Shown in pieces: positions 27,987-38,121 of a stretch of 64,000 nt of DNA. A model generated the notes under the pieces. It ran no database searches. It was not told where the DNA came from and saw only the letters and a list, made by a program, of their open reading frames with translations. Position numbers and translations under genes: made by a program. This stretch comes from Planctomycetia bacterium (GTDB lineage Bacteria > Planctomycetota > Planctomycetia > Pirellulales > PALSA-1355), in NCBI GenBank assembly GCA_041497975.1, contig JBGQHN010000001.1, positions 3,888 to 67,887 on the forward strand, read 5' to 3'. Positions within the stretch are counted from its first letter, which is position 1. The number at the start of each line of letters is the position of its first letter.

Positions 27987-30368
27987 TTATAGCATTCCCT
28001 TGCGTTTGCGCAGAATCCATTCCGACACCACCAGCCCTAAGAATGCAGCCAGCAGCCACCAGCGGTTCCAAAGAATTTCGGGCGGAAGCGTTTCGATTGG
28101 TACCTGGTGTCCGGGCGGCAACTCGTCGAGCAGCCTTTCCACGTCCGTGATGCGATAGAAACGTCCACGCGTGTCCTCGGCCGCGCGTTTCAGTTCTCCG
28201 GAGTCCATTTCGACGCGCTCCAGCTCGCCGGGCGGTGCCAGGACAAGAAAATCGGCTGAGGGGACTTTGCCCTCCAGCGTCGGCGCCGCGACCCACGCGT
28301 GATACTTTCCGTCCATGGGATCGCTAAACGCTCCCTCAAAAATGCCACGGTTCGTGGCATTGCGCTGCAATTTGACGCGTTGATTCTTCTGTCCTTCACG
28401 CTCCAGCACGACCGTCACTCCGTCGTCTTCAGCCGGCGCTTGTCGCTCATCGACGAAGCGGGCCCGCAATCGCACTACGTCGCCGCGGCGATACTCGCGG
28501 CGATCGGCCGCCAGTTCCACCGAGTTATCCTTGCCCAGCAGTTTCGAGCGGCTGAGGTAACGGACCGCCTGGACCCAGTAGCGGGCGAAGAAGACATCGC
28601 CCACGCGATAGCGCCACATCCAGGTGTCGTCGGTGGCGTGGAACAACACCTTGCCGGCGCCGACGTACTGCATCAAGAACACCGGCAGATGCCTGCCATC
28701 GGGGGCCAGCCGGGTCGGATGTTGGGCCAGCACGCGCGCCGCCGGCTTGATCTGCGGGGCCTCGAGCAGCCAATACAAGGGATGCAGGTCCTGCCAAATG
28801 CGCATGGTTTCAGCCTGGCTGTCACCCAATTGCATTTGCGGGCTGGCCAGGCCGAGTTCGGTCGGCTGCGCGACGAAGCCTTGATCGATCACGTGGCCGG
28901 TGTTGGGCGTGGTCACCGTGTCGAGATGAATGGGAAACAACGGCTCGAGCGGCGTGTTGCGGTATGCCGTCGGCGTAAATTGCGGTCCCGAGATAAACGC
29001 GATTCCGCCCCCCTTCTTCTCGACGAAATCGTTCAAATTGCTCAGCACGCTGGCGCTAAGATAGGTTGGGTTCACGTCGCCGAAAATCACTACGTCAAAT
29101 ACGAACAATTCCTCGCGTCGCACCGGAAAGACGCGCAGCGCCGTCTGATCCAACTCCGCGTATTCCAGGTCGGCGTCCTGCAAGACGGTTTTCAACTGAA
29201 TCGTGCTGTCGCGTTCCAGCATGTTCTTGAGATAGCGAAATTCGTAGCTGGGGTAGGCCTGCACGAGCAACACCTTGATCTGCTCCTTGCGCACGCTGAC
29301 CAATCGCGATTGGCGATTGTTTTCGACCTGGGCTTCGTCCGGCAGGTGCTCGACTTCGATCAGGTATTCGAATTCCCCGACCTTGGTGGGGCGGTACGGC
29401 AAATGCAACCGCTCGGGCGTACCGTCCTCGTTGATGGCGACCTTCATCTGCGCCAGCACGGTCGGGTCGTCCTTTTCGCGCAACGTGACCTCTACCGTTT
29501 TTCCGGCCAGGCCGCGCCCGATCAGCTTGTATTCGAAATTCACGATGTCGTCGACAAAAACGACTTCATCGACCAACAGATCCGCGAGCTCGAGGTCGAG
29601 AACAGGCCTTTCGCTGCCCAGTCCGACGGTGAACAGCGGAACGCCCTTGCGCCGCGCGTAGTGAGATGCGTCGGACAGACTGATCCCATCGGTGTTGATG
29701 CCGTCGGTGAGCAGAATGACGGCTGCCGGAGGCGTACCGCGCAGGTCGCTCAGCACGTAGCGCAACCCGGTACCCAGACGGCTGCTCTCTCCGCGCGGTT
29801 GTGCCTGTTCCACCGCGTCGCGCAATTCGACGAGCGAACCCGATTGGGCCCGCGCCGCGCTGGATACAAAGTACAGCTTGAGTCGATAACGACGGGCAAT
29901 GGCGCTCAGCACGTCGGTCTTTTTATCCAGAAGCACGGACTTGGCAAGGTTCAGGCGATTCGGCAGGTCGAATCCAGCCGCCTCCATCCGGCTGGCGACG
30001 AGCGCGTTGAGTTTCTTGTCATCATACCGATCGTCGATTCCCATGCTCGCCGAATCGTCAACAACGATTGCCACGGTTGGCAAGCCGGTGCGGCGCAGGG
30101 AGACCGTGAACTCGGCGATCATGAAGACGACGATGGCCATGGCCGCCAGCCTGAACGCAACCAGCACGGCCTTGGCGACGCGTCCGGCCGCGGTGCTTTC
30201 GCGCGCATAGAAGTACACCACCCAGGCCACGATCGAAATCGCCAAGAGCAACGTCACCCAGGGAGCCCAGGCCCAAGTGTTTTCCAGGCTCCAGGTCGTG
30301 CCTTCGCCCGGACTGACGGCTTCGACGCCGAGCCATTTTTCCAACCAGTTGGGAAGGATGCCGCTCAT
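27987..30368 (-). CDS. Membrane vWA domain protein (BatB-like)
   Basis: ATG 30368 forms an ATGA overlap with the BatA stop. Two N-terminal TM helices are followed by the vWA MIDAS motif VAIVVDDSASMG. A C-terminal Rossmann-like segment DVVIFGDVNP...KKGGGIAFISG and a final TM helix complete the protein. Confidence 0.8.
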   Translation of the reverse strand: MSGILPNWLEKWLGVEAVSPGEGTTWSLENTWAWAPWVTLLLAISIVAWVVYFYARESTAAGRVAKAVLVAFRLAAMAIVVFMIAEFTVSLRRTGLPTVAIVVDDSASMGIDDRYDDKKLNALVASRMEAAGFDLPNRLNLAKSVLLDKKTDVLSAIARRYRLKLYFVSSAARAQSGSLVELRDAVEQAQPRGESSRLGTGLRYVLSDLRGTPPAAVILLTDGINTDGISLSDASHYARRKGVPLFTVGLGSERPVLDLELADLLVDEVVFVDDIVNFEYKLIGRGLAGKTVEVTLREKDDPTVLAQMKVAINEDGTPERLHLPYRPTKVGEFEYLIEVEHLPDEAQVENNRQSRLVSVRKEQIKVLLVQAYPSYEFRYLKNMLERDSTIQLKTVLQDADLEYAELDQTALRVFPVRREELFVFDVVIFGDVNPTYLSASVLSNLNDFVEKKGGGIAFISGPQFTPTAYRNTPLEPLFPIHLDTVTTPNTGHVIDQGFVAQPTELGLASPQMQLGDSQAETMRIWQDLHPLYWLLEAPQIKPAARVLAQHPTRLAPDGRHLPVFLMQYVGAGKVLFHATDDTWMWRYRVGDVFFARYWVQAVRYLSRSKLLGKDNSVELAADRREYRRGDVVRLRARFVDERQAPAEDDGVTVVLEREGQKNQRVKLQRNATNRGIFEGAFSDPMDGKYHAWVAAPTLEGKVPSADFLVLAPPGELERVEMDSGELKRAAEDTRGRFYRITDVERLLDELPPGHQVPIETLPPEILWNRWWLLAAFLGLVVSEWILRKRKGML

Positions 30369-32560
30369 CGAGTCGTATGTCCAAACCGCCACGCCAAGAA
30401 CGTTTCGGCAAACAACAAGCCCAACACGCAGTAGAGCAGGGTCTTGTGCACTCCGCTGCGATGGCTGATGTTGGGCGAATCGGCCTCATCGAGGCTGGAA
30501 CGCTTGTGCGTCGTGAATTCCTTCGGCAATTCCTCGGGAGCCAATTTCGTCAGATCGCTTTCGCTGGTGTCGATGTTGACGGCGAACGCCTCGTTGCGCG
30601 AGACGGGTGCGCCCAAGTCAACGCGATACACTCCGCTCTCGTGCGTGTCGGCAAACGACCAGCGGCTCGACTGGCGGTCCATCGCCATCCGAACATCCTC
30701 GTGCGACCCATTTGGACTGGTCACGCTCACCGTGGCGCGCGTCGCCAAGGCTTCCAGGGAATCGCCCAGCACCTGGCCGACTTCCACGTTGTGTTCGGTC
30801 ATCTGTCCGCGAACGGCCAATGCCAGGATCTCCTGTACGATGGGCACAAAGCTAGGCCAGGCCGGCAGCGTGGTCCACGGCTCAGCCCCCGCGCCCGTCG
30901 ATGACAGCGATCCTTCCGTGGCGATCAAAATCGAGCGCCCTCGGTGAATCGTTTCTTCCACGATCGCCGCATCGCCGCCGTCGAATGCCAGCGCTATGCG
31001 CGCCGTCGGCTCCGGCGCCAGGCGGTAGTATTTGTAAACGGGCGTTGTCAACAAACCAGCTTGCTCGCGCCCCTGAAAAGCGGCCACCAGCGGGTGGCGA
31101 TAGTCGAGCGGGTCGAATCGATACTGATACTGGGGCTCGGCGATCAACTCCTTCAGCCGCGCGGGCAGCACCCGAACTCCTTGCTCGCCGGCCAGTTCAC
31201 GGTTGTAGCGATCGGGCAGCACCTGGTCGCCCAGAAAGAACACCAACCCGACGCCGTGCTTCAAAGCATTCTCCAGCACGCGGGCCTCGTTGGACGTGAA
31301 CTGCGCCACGTTGCATAAGAAGATGCAGTCATATCGCGACAAGTCCCGCTCCAGAAGCGCGCTTTCGGGTATGACCTCGGGTTGCACCGCGCCCGGCGCG
31401 TTCGCGTTTCCCGCATCGGGATTCAGCGCCAATGCCAGGTAATCGGTGGCGCCTGTCATGTGCTGCGTGGCGGGCTTTCCGTTGACACATAAGACGCGCA
31501 GTTGCTCCTTTACGGGCACCGAGAGCCAACGGTGATTGTCGATATCCAGCAGATCGGTGCCGAGCCGGACTTCGACGACGTGATCGCCCGGCGTGTCGAA
31601 GCGGTGCGAGAACGATACCCGGGCTTGTTCGCCGGCGGCCACGTCGACGTAAGCTTCCTTGATCCGTTTGTCATCGACGTGCAATTCGAGTGGGTGATGA
31701 TTGCGAGGCTGCGTGCCGAAGTTGCGGACCTGCGCCGAAACGGTGACCTCGCGGGTCGTCGTGGCGAACGGCTCATCGGCCGCGACGTTCGTGACGGCCA
31801 GGTTTTCGGCTCCGGCCTGTCCCAGGTCGACCACGACCAGCGTGGCCTGTTGGGCAAGTCGCTCCAGGCGCTGACGATATTCAGCCGCTTCCGCGTCCTT
31901 CAGTTCGGGCACCCAGGTGTTGCGACCCAAATCGGTGAGAAAGTACACTTCCTTGCGCATTTCGCCCGCATCTTCGGCCGATTGCAAGATTCGTTCGACA
32001 CGCACCAACGTGGCCGGCAGATCGGCTCCCGCGTGCGGCAGTTTCAAGTTCTCGATTTCTTCCAGAAAATCACGGGGTTCGGCAGCCGGAGAACCGACGA
32101 TCGTACTGGGCGGCGAAGCCATCAAAACGAGCGTGAAGGCGTCGCCCTGTGCGCTCTCGTCGACAATTTGGGCAGCCAGTTGCTTGGCCCGCTCGAAGCG
32201 ACTCTTGTCGGTCGGTTTATAGCCCATGGAGTATGAGCCGTCGATGACCAGCACTTTCAACGTCCGTTGGCCGGGTACGAAGCCCAGCCCCGCCTGCTCC
32301 AAGAACGGTTGTGCCACGGCGAACACGACCAGCGCGATGATCAGAGTTCGCACCAACAGCAGCAGCCATTGTTCGAGCCACATCCGGCGCGAATTCTTGC
32401 GCATCGCGGCCAGCAGATATTCGATCGCGGCCCAAGAGACTTCTCGGTAGCGTCGCTTGTTCCACAAGTGAATCAAGATTGGCGCGGCGGCGGCCGCCAG
32501 CCACCCGAGCATCAGGAGGTTGCCGAAGCCAAAGGCCAAAAGCGGTGGCAAGCTGCCCAT
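30365..32560 (-). CDS. BatA (aerotolerance regulator N-terminal) domain / vWA protein
   Basis: The N-terminus LLAFGFGNLLMLGWLAAAAAPILIHLWNKRRYREVSWAAIEYLL is the BatA_N pattern. MIDAS motif VLVIDGSYSMG. Later segment YDCIFLCNVAQF...HGVGLVFFLGD, and a C-terminal TM helix. Confidence 0.85.
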   Translation of the reverse strand: MGSLPPLLAFGFGNLLMLGWLAAAAAPILIHLWNKRRYREVSWAAIEYLLAAMRKNSRRMWLEQWLLLLVRTLIIALVVFAVAQPFLEQAGLGFVPGQRTLKVLVIDGSYSMGYKPTDKSRFERAKQLAAQIVDESAQGDAFTLVLMASPPSTIVGSPAAEPRDFLEEIENLKLPHAGADLPATLVRVERILQSAEDAGEMRKEVYFLTDLGRNTWVPELKDAEAAEYRQRLERLAQQATLVVVDLGQAGAENLAVTNVAADEPFATTTREVTVSAQVRNFGTQPRNHHPLELHVDDKRIKEAYVDVAAGEQARVSFSHRFDTPGDHVVEVRLGTDLLDIDNHRWLSVPVKEQLRVLCVNGKPATQHMTGATDYLALALNPDAGNANAPGAVQPEVIPESALLERDLSRYDCIFLCNVAQFTSNEARVLENALKHGVGLVFFLGDQVLPDRYNRELAGEQGVRVLPARLKELIAEPQYQYRFDPLDYRHPLVAAFQGREQAGLLTTPVYKYYRLAPEPTARIALAFDGGDAAIVEETIHRGRSILIATEGSLSSTGAGAEPWTTLPAWPSFVPIVQEILALAVRGQMTEHNVEVGQVLGDSLEALATRATVSVTSPNGSHEDVRMAMDRQSSRWSFADTHESGVYRVDLGAPVSRNEAFAVNIDTSESDLTKLAPEELPKEFTTHKRSSLDEADSPNISHRSGVHKTLLYCVLGLLFAETFLAWRFGHTTR

Positions 32561-32567
32561 AAAGCGA

Positions 32568-33470
32568 TTAATTTAAGCGGTTCATTCTGGAAGCGAGATA
32601 GCTCGACAGCGCGATTTCCAGCGACTGATCGGTTCGCAACAGTACGTAATCGATGCGTTGCCCGCGGCAGCCCTTGCGGACCGCTTGCAAAAACTTTCCG
32701 AACTCTTCCAGATAGGCCCGGCGCAGCGCGCGCGGGTCGGTCAACACGTCGGGCAGCTCCTCCATGCCGCGAAACAACGTCGTCTGGCGGAACGGAAACT
32801 CGAGCTCGGCGGGGTCGAGCACGTGAAACACCACCACCTCGTGGCGCCGGTGTCGAAAATGCTTCAGCCCGGCCATCATCGACGGGACGTTGTCGAACAA
32901 GTCGCTCAAGATCAGCACCAGCCCGCGCCGTTTTAGCCGCTCGGCCAAATCGTGAAAAATTGGCCCGGTCTGCGTTTTGCGCTGCGGTTCAGAATTCTCC
33001 ATTACGTACAATAGCTGCTTGAGATGCGAGGGGTTGCTGCTCGCGCGAATCAGCGCTCGAATCTCGTTGTCGAACGTGACCAGTCCCACGCTGTCCTGCT
33101 GCTGCAAAATCAGATACGACAGCGACGCCGCCACGCACTGGGCGTATTCCAGCTTGGACAGCGGAGCGTCGGCGCTCTTGTAGCGCATGCTTTCGCTGGT
33201 GTCGACGAGCATGTAGCTGACCAGATTGGTCTCTTCCTCATATTGCTTGAGGTAGAATTTGTCGGTTTTGCCGAACACTTTCCAGTCGACGTAGCGCAGG
33301 TCGTCGCCCTGCGAGTATTCGCGATGTTCGGCAAACTCGATCGAAAAGCCGTGATAAGGACTGCGATGCACGCCCGACACGTAGCCCTCCACGATCGACC
33401 GGGCCCGTAGCTCCAGTCCTTGGAGCTTAGCCAATGTCCGCGGATCTAAAAATTTGAGGTTGTTTTCCAC
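32568..33470 (-). CDS. DUF58 domain-containing protein
   Basis: [17 protein letters not shown]..., [40 protein letters not shown] and a degenerate vWA-like C-terminus. This is the canonical MoxR partner. Confidence 0.85.
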   Translation of the reverse strand: MENNLKFLDPRTLAKLQGLELRARSIVEGYVSGVHRSPYHGFSIEFAEHREYSQGDDLRYVDWKVFGKTDKFYLKQYEEETNLVSYMLVDTSESMRYKSADAPLSKLEYAQCVAASLSYLILQQQDSVGLVTFDNEIRALIRASSNPSHLKQLLYVMENSEPQRKTQTGPIFHDLAERLKRRGLVLILSDLFDNVPSMMAGLKHFRHRRHEVVVFHVLDPAELEFPFRQTTLFRGMEELPDVLTDPRALRRAYLEEFGKFLQAVRKGCRGQRIDYVLLRTDQSLEIALSSYLASRMNRLN

Positions 33471-34479
33471 TGGACGCGGCCTCGTCGTCGATGGGGATGG
33501 TTTCGATCAGTCGTTGGATGATGTCATCGGGCTTGACTCCCTCAGCCTCGGCGTTGAAGTTGGTCATGATTCGATGTCGCAGCACGGGGAAGGCCACGGC
33601 GCGAATATCGTCGCTGTTGACGTAATAGCGTCCATGCAGCACTGCCCGGGCCTTGGCGCCCAGCACCAGGAACTGGCTGGCCCGCGGGCCGGCTCCCCAG
33701 CTCACGTAGTCTTGAATGAAGTCGGGCACGTGCCCCTTCTCGCGCCGCGTCAGGCGCGTGAATTGCAGCGCATAGCGGGCGATGTGATCGGCTACCGGCA
33801 CTTTGCGCACGATCTGTCCCAGGGCCACGATTTGTTCGGCATTGAGCGTGGGCGTAATCTCGAACTGTTTGTCGGTCGTTGTCTGCCGGACGATTTGGAA
33901 TTCCTCCTCCTCGTCGGGATAGTCGACAAAGATATTGAACATGAAGCGATCCAGCTGCGCTTCGGGCAGTGGATAAGTCCCTTCCTGTTCGATGGGGTTT
34001 TGGGTGGCCAGCACGAAGAACGGCTGCTCCAACAGATGCCGCTTGCCGCCCACGGTGATCTGATGTTCCTGCATCGCTTCCAATAGGGCCGCTTGCGTCT
34101 TGGGGGGAGTGCGGTTGATTTCGTCGGCCAGGATGACGTTGGCGAAGATCGGGCCCTCGAGAAACCTGAACTCGCGCGTGCCCGTCAACTTGTCTTCCTG
34201 AATCACTTCCGTGCCCGTGATGTCAGCCGGCATCAGATCGGGCGTGAATTGAATGCGGCTGAACTTCAGCGAAAGCGAATCGGCCAACGTGCGAATCATC
34301 AACGTCTTGGCCAGGCCGGGTACCCCGACGAGCAAGCAGTGCCCCCGCGCAAATAGCGAAATCAGCAGTTCCTCGATCACGTGCTGCTGGCCGACAATTA
34401 CTTTGCCAAGTTCCGCGGTAATGCGCTGAAAGGCCTCGTTCAACTGGTGCACCTGTTGGATGTCGTCGTCTGGAAGCAT
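33427..34479 (-). CDS. MoxR family AAA+ ATPase
   Basis: Walker A GVPGLAKT, Walker [10 protein letters not shown], and [22 protein letters not shown] (the MoxR signature region). Confidence 0.95.
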   Translation of the reverse strand: MLPDDDIQQVHQLNEAFQRITAELGKVIVGQQHVIEELLISLFARGHCLLVGVPGLAKTLMIRTLADSLSLKFSRIQFTPDLMPADITGTEVIQEDKLTGTREFRFLEGPIFANVILADEINRTPPKTQAALLEAMQEHQITVGGKRHLLEQPFFVLATQNPIEQEGTYPLPEAQLDRFMFNIFVDYPDEEEEFQIVRQTTTDKQFEITPTLNAEQIVALGQIVRKVPVADHIARYALQFTRLTRREKGHVPDFIQDYVSWGAGPRASQFLVLGAKARAVLHGRYYVNSDDIRAVAFPVLRHRIMTNFNAEAEGVKPDDIIQRLIETIPIDDEAASSGKQPQIFRSADIG

Positions 34480-34576
34480 GAGTGGGTCCGATTGCTAGGG
34501 AATCAGTGACATATCGAACGAAGTGCCTTGGCGGTCTTGCCAGGTGTCAACGGACGCCAAAAAAAGTGCCAGGGCT

Positions 34577-37036
34577 TCAAGGTTCCTTGATTGTGCTCGT
34601 GCGGGGAGTCGGCCCCGAGGTCGAGCGTTGGTCGAGGGCGACCGCAGCACCTGCCGCCTTCGGCCGCTGGCCCTGCTGACGAAAGCCGAACAACTTGTCG
34701 GCCGTGGCAATCAACAACAAGTCGCCGGACGCCACAAGGTTGCCGCCGCCGGCGCCGCGCTGGGTGAGTGCGATCGGGTCGCGCATCTTCGCCGCAGGTG
34801 CAGCAGCATCCTGATCGAGAATATAGAGCTCGCTGGCGGTGGGCCAAATGACTTGATCGCCCATCAAGATCCCGCGACCGTGGCCCAAGGGGCTCGTATC
34901 GGGCCAGCGCTTGACGATCTTGCCGCGGCGGGCGTCGATCCACCACAACGCATCGCCGCTGGCTATGAGCGTGTCGTGTCCGACTCCGAGCAGGTGAACG
35001 GCGTCTTCCGGCAAATGACTCTCCCATAGCATTTCGCCGCTGCCGGCGTCGAGCGCAAAGATCGATTCGCAATCGGACGGCGCGACAAATAGCGTTCCGC
35101 GATGATATACGCACGGATTCAGATCGCGATAAAAGTGGGCCGTGCGCTTGTCCTGGCCGTCGGGTCCGGCTTTTTTCGCGCGCCGATAGAGCGTGGCCCA
35201 TTGCAGACGTCCGTCGCGCGCCGATATCGCCGCCACGGCGCCCAGGTTGGTGTTGTAGTACAACGTTCCCTGCTCCAGAGTGAGCAGGTTGTGCGTGATT
35301 TCCTCGGACTGGCCTCCGCTGGGCGTTTCGGCGGCGCAAACCATGGTCCGCCATCGCAGCCGCTTTGTTTGGGCGTCGAAACAGGCCACGTGGGCCTGGG
35401 GCCTGACGTCGCTCTTTCTCATGGCCACGTACAAGTCCGATCCGTCCACGATCGGCGAGCCTTCGAAGGCCCACTTTTCATCGTCGGATTTTTCCAGCGA
35501 CATTTTCCAGACCAGCCGGCCTTGTGCCGAGAGATCGAGACACACCAAATATCCGTTCATGCGGACGTCCAGCGATTCGAGCGGCCGGCTCGTGACCTGC
35601 GATCCCATGCGGGCATACAGCTTGTTGTCGTGCACGGTCATGGTGAAGCGCGGCACGCCCAGGCGGCCGCTCGTGCGGCCGGCCAACGCGGCGTTGTCAT
35701 CGGAAAAAATCTCGCCCGGCGGCCTTTTCGGATCGTCGCGCGGCCAGGCCGGCGCGCCGGTTTTCGAGTTGAAGGCGAAGATTCTGCCTTGATCGCAAAC
35801 AAGCACCAGGTCGCCGACGATCAAGGGGTGATAACTCAACAGGTGCTGGGCATCCTCGCCAATGCGGCGCAAACTGTACGCGCGCGAGTTCGATACGTCG
35901 GCCGACAGCGGTTCGCCCAAGTTGATGGGATCCCAGGCTTGAACGCCGAGATCGAGATTGCGCGGAGAGATCTTGTTGCGGCCAAGATCTCCGGCAAAGG
36001 TGGGCCAATCTTCGGTCGGCTTTACGTCGGGCCAATTTTCGGCCGCCGTAATGAGCGCCTTAAGCGCGTCGGCGTATTTTACGTCGCGTCCGGCCAATCG
36101 TCCTTCGGCGCCAGGATGAAGCTCCGCAAACGCCCCTAGTTCTTCACGAGCCCGTTGGAGCGAGCCCTCCATGATCGAAACCAAGATCAAGCGCGCCCGA
36201 ACGTCGGCCGAACGCAAAGTTTTGCCCGGATATGCCAGCCGGGTCAGCGGCAAACGCTGGTTTTTCCAGAACCGGACCAATGTGGCGGAGATTTCATCGG
36301 GCAGAATTTCGTCGCCGCGAAGCTGATAGAACTGCCCGGAGGCGGTTGAGTCCATGGCGTACCACTTATCCAAGAGCGCCGCCTCGCCAGCCGGCAGGTT
36401 GGCCTGCTGTCGGACGGCCTCAAAACGGGCGGCTGCAATACGCGCTGGAGGGACCTCGATCAGCCGCTCCCAATAGCGCCGTGCCGCCCCGTAATTGCTC
36501 CGTTCCAATTCGATTTCGCCCAATGCCCACAGGGCATCGTCGCCCCACGAGCTGCAAAACAGCTTTTCGACGACGTCGGCCAGCCGCGCGGTATTGCGCC
36601 GGCCCAGCCCCTCCTGGTACCATTGTTCGGCCAAGGGGTCGACGCGTTGGCGATAGAGGGCCAGCGCCTCGGCAGGCAGCGAAGCAAGCTGCACGTGACA
36701 GTAATCCGCCAAATTGACGTACCGCGCTGGCACAAGGGGTATCATCCTTGCGCCATGGTTTTCCATGATTTGGCGGAGCGTTTCGACGGCCTCATCCCAT
36801 TGCCCGTCGGTCACGTAGGCTCGGACTCGTTCCAGGTGAGCCCGCACGGCGCTGTCCGCCTGATCGAGATTTACCGATCCCGATAGCTCGATCGGTCCCG
36901 GAGAGAATTGAGCCCAAGCGCGCGACGCGGTCCCAGCGCCTAACATGCCTGCCACCGCTAACCATGCGGCCGCTTGAACTCGGCAGTATCGGCATGAGCG
37001 CCGCTTTGCCAAAACGTGCGGCTGCCGGCGAGGCAT
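34577..37036 (-). CDS. Exported TPR + PQQ-like beta-propeller repeat protein
   Basis: ATG 37036 gives a signal-like N-terminus (AAAWLAVAGMLGAGTASRAWA). A helical TPR-like N-terminal half is followed by repeated beta-propeller blades (e.g. LYVAMRKSD...VACFDAQTKRLRWRT; IFALDAGSGEMLWES). The TTG at 37087 is an alternative start. Confidence 0.75.
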   Translation of the reverse strand: MPRRQPHVLAKRRSCRYCRVQAAAWLAVAGMLGAGTASRAWAQFSPGPIELSGSVNLDQADSAVRAHLERVRAYVTDGQWDEAVETLRQIMENHGARMIPLVPARYVNLADYCHVQLASLPAEALALYRQRVDPLAEQWYQEGLGRRNTARLADVVEKLFCSSWGDDALWALGEIELERSNYGAARRYWERLIEVPPARIAAARFEAVRQQANLPAGEAALLDKWYAMDSTASGQFYQLRGDEILPDEISATLVRFWKNQRLPLTRLAYPGKTLRSADVRARLILVSIMEGSLQRAREELGAFAELHPGAEGRLAGRDVKYADALKALITAAENWPDVKPTEDWPTFAGDLGRNKISPRNLDLGVQAWDPINLGEPLSADVSNSRAYSLRRIGEDAQHLLSYHPLIVGDLVLVCDQGRIFAFNSKTGAPAWPRDDPKRPPGEIFSDDNAALAGRTSGRLGVPRFTMTVHDNKLYARMGSQVTSRPLESLDVRMNGYLVCLDLSAQGRLVWKMSLEKSDDEKWAFEGSPIVDGSDLYVAMRKSDVRPQAHVACFDAQTKRLRWRTMVCAAETPSGGQSEEITHNLLTLEQGTLYYNTNLGAVAAISARDGRLQWATLYRRAKKAGPDGQDKRTAHFYRDLNPCVYHRGTLFVAPSDCESIFALDAGSGEMLWESHLPEDAVHLLGVGHDTLIASGDALWWIDARRGKIVKRWPDTSPLGHGRGILMGDQVIWPTASELYILDQDAAAPAAKMRDPIALTQRGAGGGNLVASGDLLLIATADKLFGFRQQGQRPKAAGAAVALDQRSTSGPTPRTSTIKEP

Positions 37037-37372
37037 AACTGGCTCCAAAGCTCGCTCCCCAAGCACGAGGCGTGCGGGAGGAGACAATCGTTAACGCCCG
37101 AACCGGACGCTATTTAGGCGTCCGGGCAATTATAGAAGGCGGGCAGATTGCCGGAAAGAACGAAAACCGGCCGCCAGCACCCCGCGGGCATCAACTATTG
37201 AGTCCGTGGTTGATCATTGGCCGAGGGGCGACCAACGGAAGCCCTGAAAAACGTGGGATTACGGCTCGAATTGCCAAGCGATTTCTCTCTGTGAATTAAT
37301 AACTGCCAGAAGCGGCCCAAAACGCAGCCACACGGTCGGGAAAACTTTCTTGTCGCTCGCGTCGATTCTAAT

Positions 37373-37540
37373 CTATCGGGCGTAACCTTCCACGATCCGG
37401 CCAATGACGAAACCGCACACAGCGCTGACCAGCATGGTGAGCATTTGGCCCAGGCTGATGGCGTCGGATAACTGCAAAACGATGGACAACGGCGGCAACG
37501 TCAATCCGATCACTTGAAGACCGCGACCAATGCTGCGCAT
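37373..37540 (-). CDS. Small two-TM hypothetical membrane protein (55 aa)
   Basis: ATG 37540. MRSIGRGLQVIGLTLPPLSIVLQL...MLTMLVSAVCGFVIGRIV forms two hydrophobic helices. There is no other support. Confidence 0.35.
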   Translation of the reverse strand: MRSIGRGLQVIGLTLPPLSIVLQLSDAISLGQMLTMLVSAVCGFVIGRIVEGYAR

Positions 37541-37632
37541 TGCGAAACCGAATCTTGCACGTTTCCAGTTTTGGAGCGCCAACCTATCATAGTGGCTGCC
37601 GCGCGTCGCGACCAGTTCGAGGCGTGCTAAAC

Positions 37633-38121
37633 ATGAACCGCGCATTGAGGCACCACGTGAAATCCGCGCCGCGAGCGTCGTATTGGACCGTCGTCGCGCG
37701 GGCGTGGCGGCTACGCTGTCCGCGCTGCGGGCAAGGACGGCTTTTCCGAAACCTGATTTCGATGAACTCCCACTGTGGCAGTTGCGGTTTGCGCTACGAG
37801 CGAGAGCCAGGGTACTTTTTGGGGTCGATTTATATTAATTACGGCCTCACGGCGCTGTTGGTTACCGCGCTGTACTTCGCGCTATTCTTCAGCGGCGCCC
37901 TCTCGCCCCAGGCCGCGCTGTGGATCGTGACCGCTTTCGCGTTCGTGTTTCCGATCTGGTTTTTTCGCTACGCGCGCAGCCTGTGGCTCGGCTTCGATCA
38001 TTATTGGGATCCCACGGCGGACGACGCGACCGAGGACGAACAAGGGACGCGCGCGGACGAATCGAACCAAGGCGCACAGGGGGCACGGCGCAATTCGCGC
38101 CGCGCGGATGCAGAATTCTAG
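37633..38121 (+). CDS. DUF983 domain-containing membrane protein
   Basis: ATG 37633. Zinc-ribbon-like CPRCGQGRLF...CGSCGLRYEREPGYFLGSIYINYGL followed by two TM helices, the DUF983 pattern. Confidence 0.75.
   Translation: MNRALRHHVKSAPRASYWTVVARAWRLRCPRCGQGRLFRNLISMNSHCGSCGLRYEREPGYFLGSIYINYGLTALLVTALYFALFFSGALSPQAALWIVTAFAFVFPIWFFRYARSLWLGFDHYWDPTADDATEDEQGTRADESNQGAQGARRNSRRADAEF

Noticed and set aside
28299-30434. 711-aa ORF on the plus strand
   Set aside because: Antisense to the vWA (BatB-like) gene and the end of the BatA gene. No motifs and a biased composition typical of a GC-rich shadow ORF.
37103-37125. Perfect 8-bp inverted repeat ccggacgc / gcgtccgg with a 7-nt loop, upstream of the PQQ/TPR gene
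   Set aside because: No U/T tract follows on either strand, so it is not a convincing intrinsic terminator. A single short hairpin is expected by chance in GC-rich DNA. It could be an operator, but there is no supporting evidence.
37087-37372. 286-nt spacer scanned for a tRNA, small RNA or small ORFs (track ORFs 37072-37299 and 37195-37404)
   Set aside because: There is no cloverleaf-compatible sequence or recognisable RNA motif. The ORFs have an implausible composition and no start context. It is left unannotated.
38118-38121. Convergent DUF983 (+) and CxxC-peptide (-) genes share overlapping stop codons within a CTAG palindrome
   Set aside because: The overlap is real in the sequence, but this is a common consequence of tight packing. 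It has no evident functional implication.
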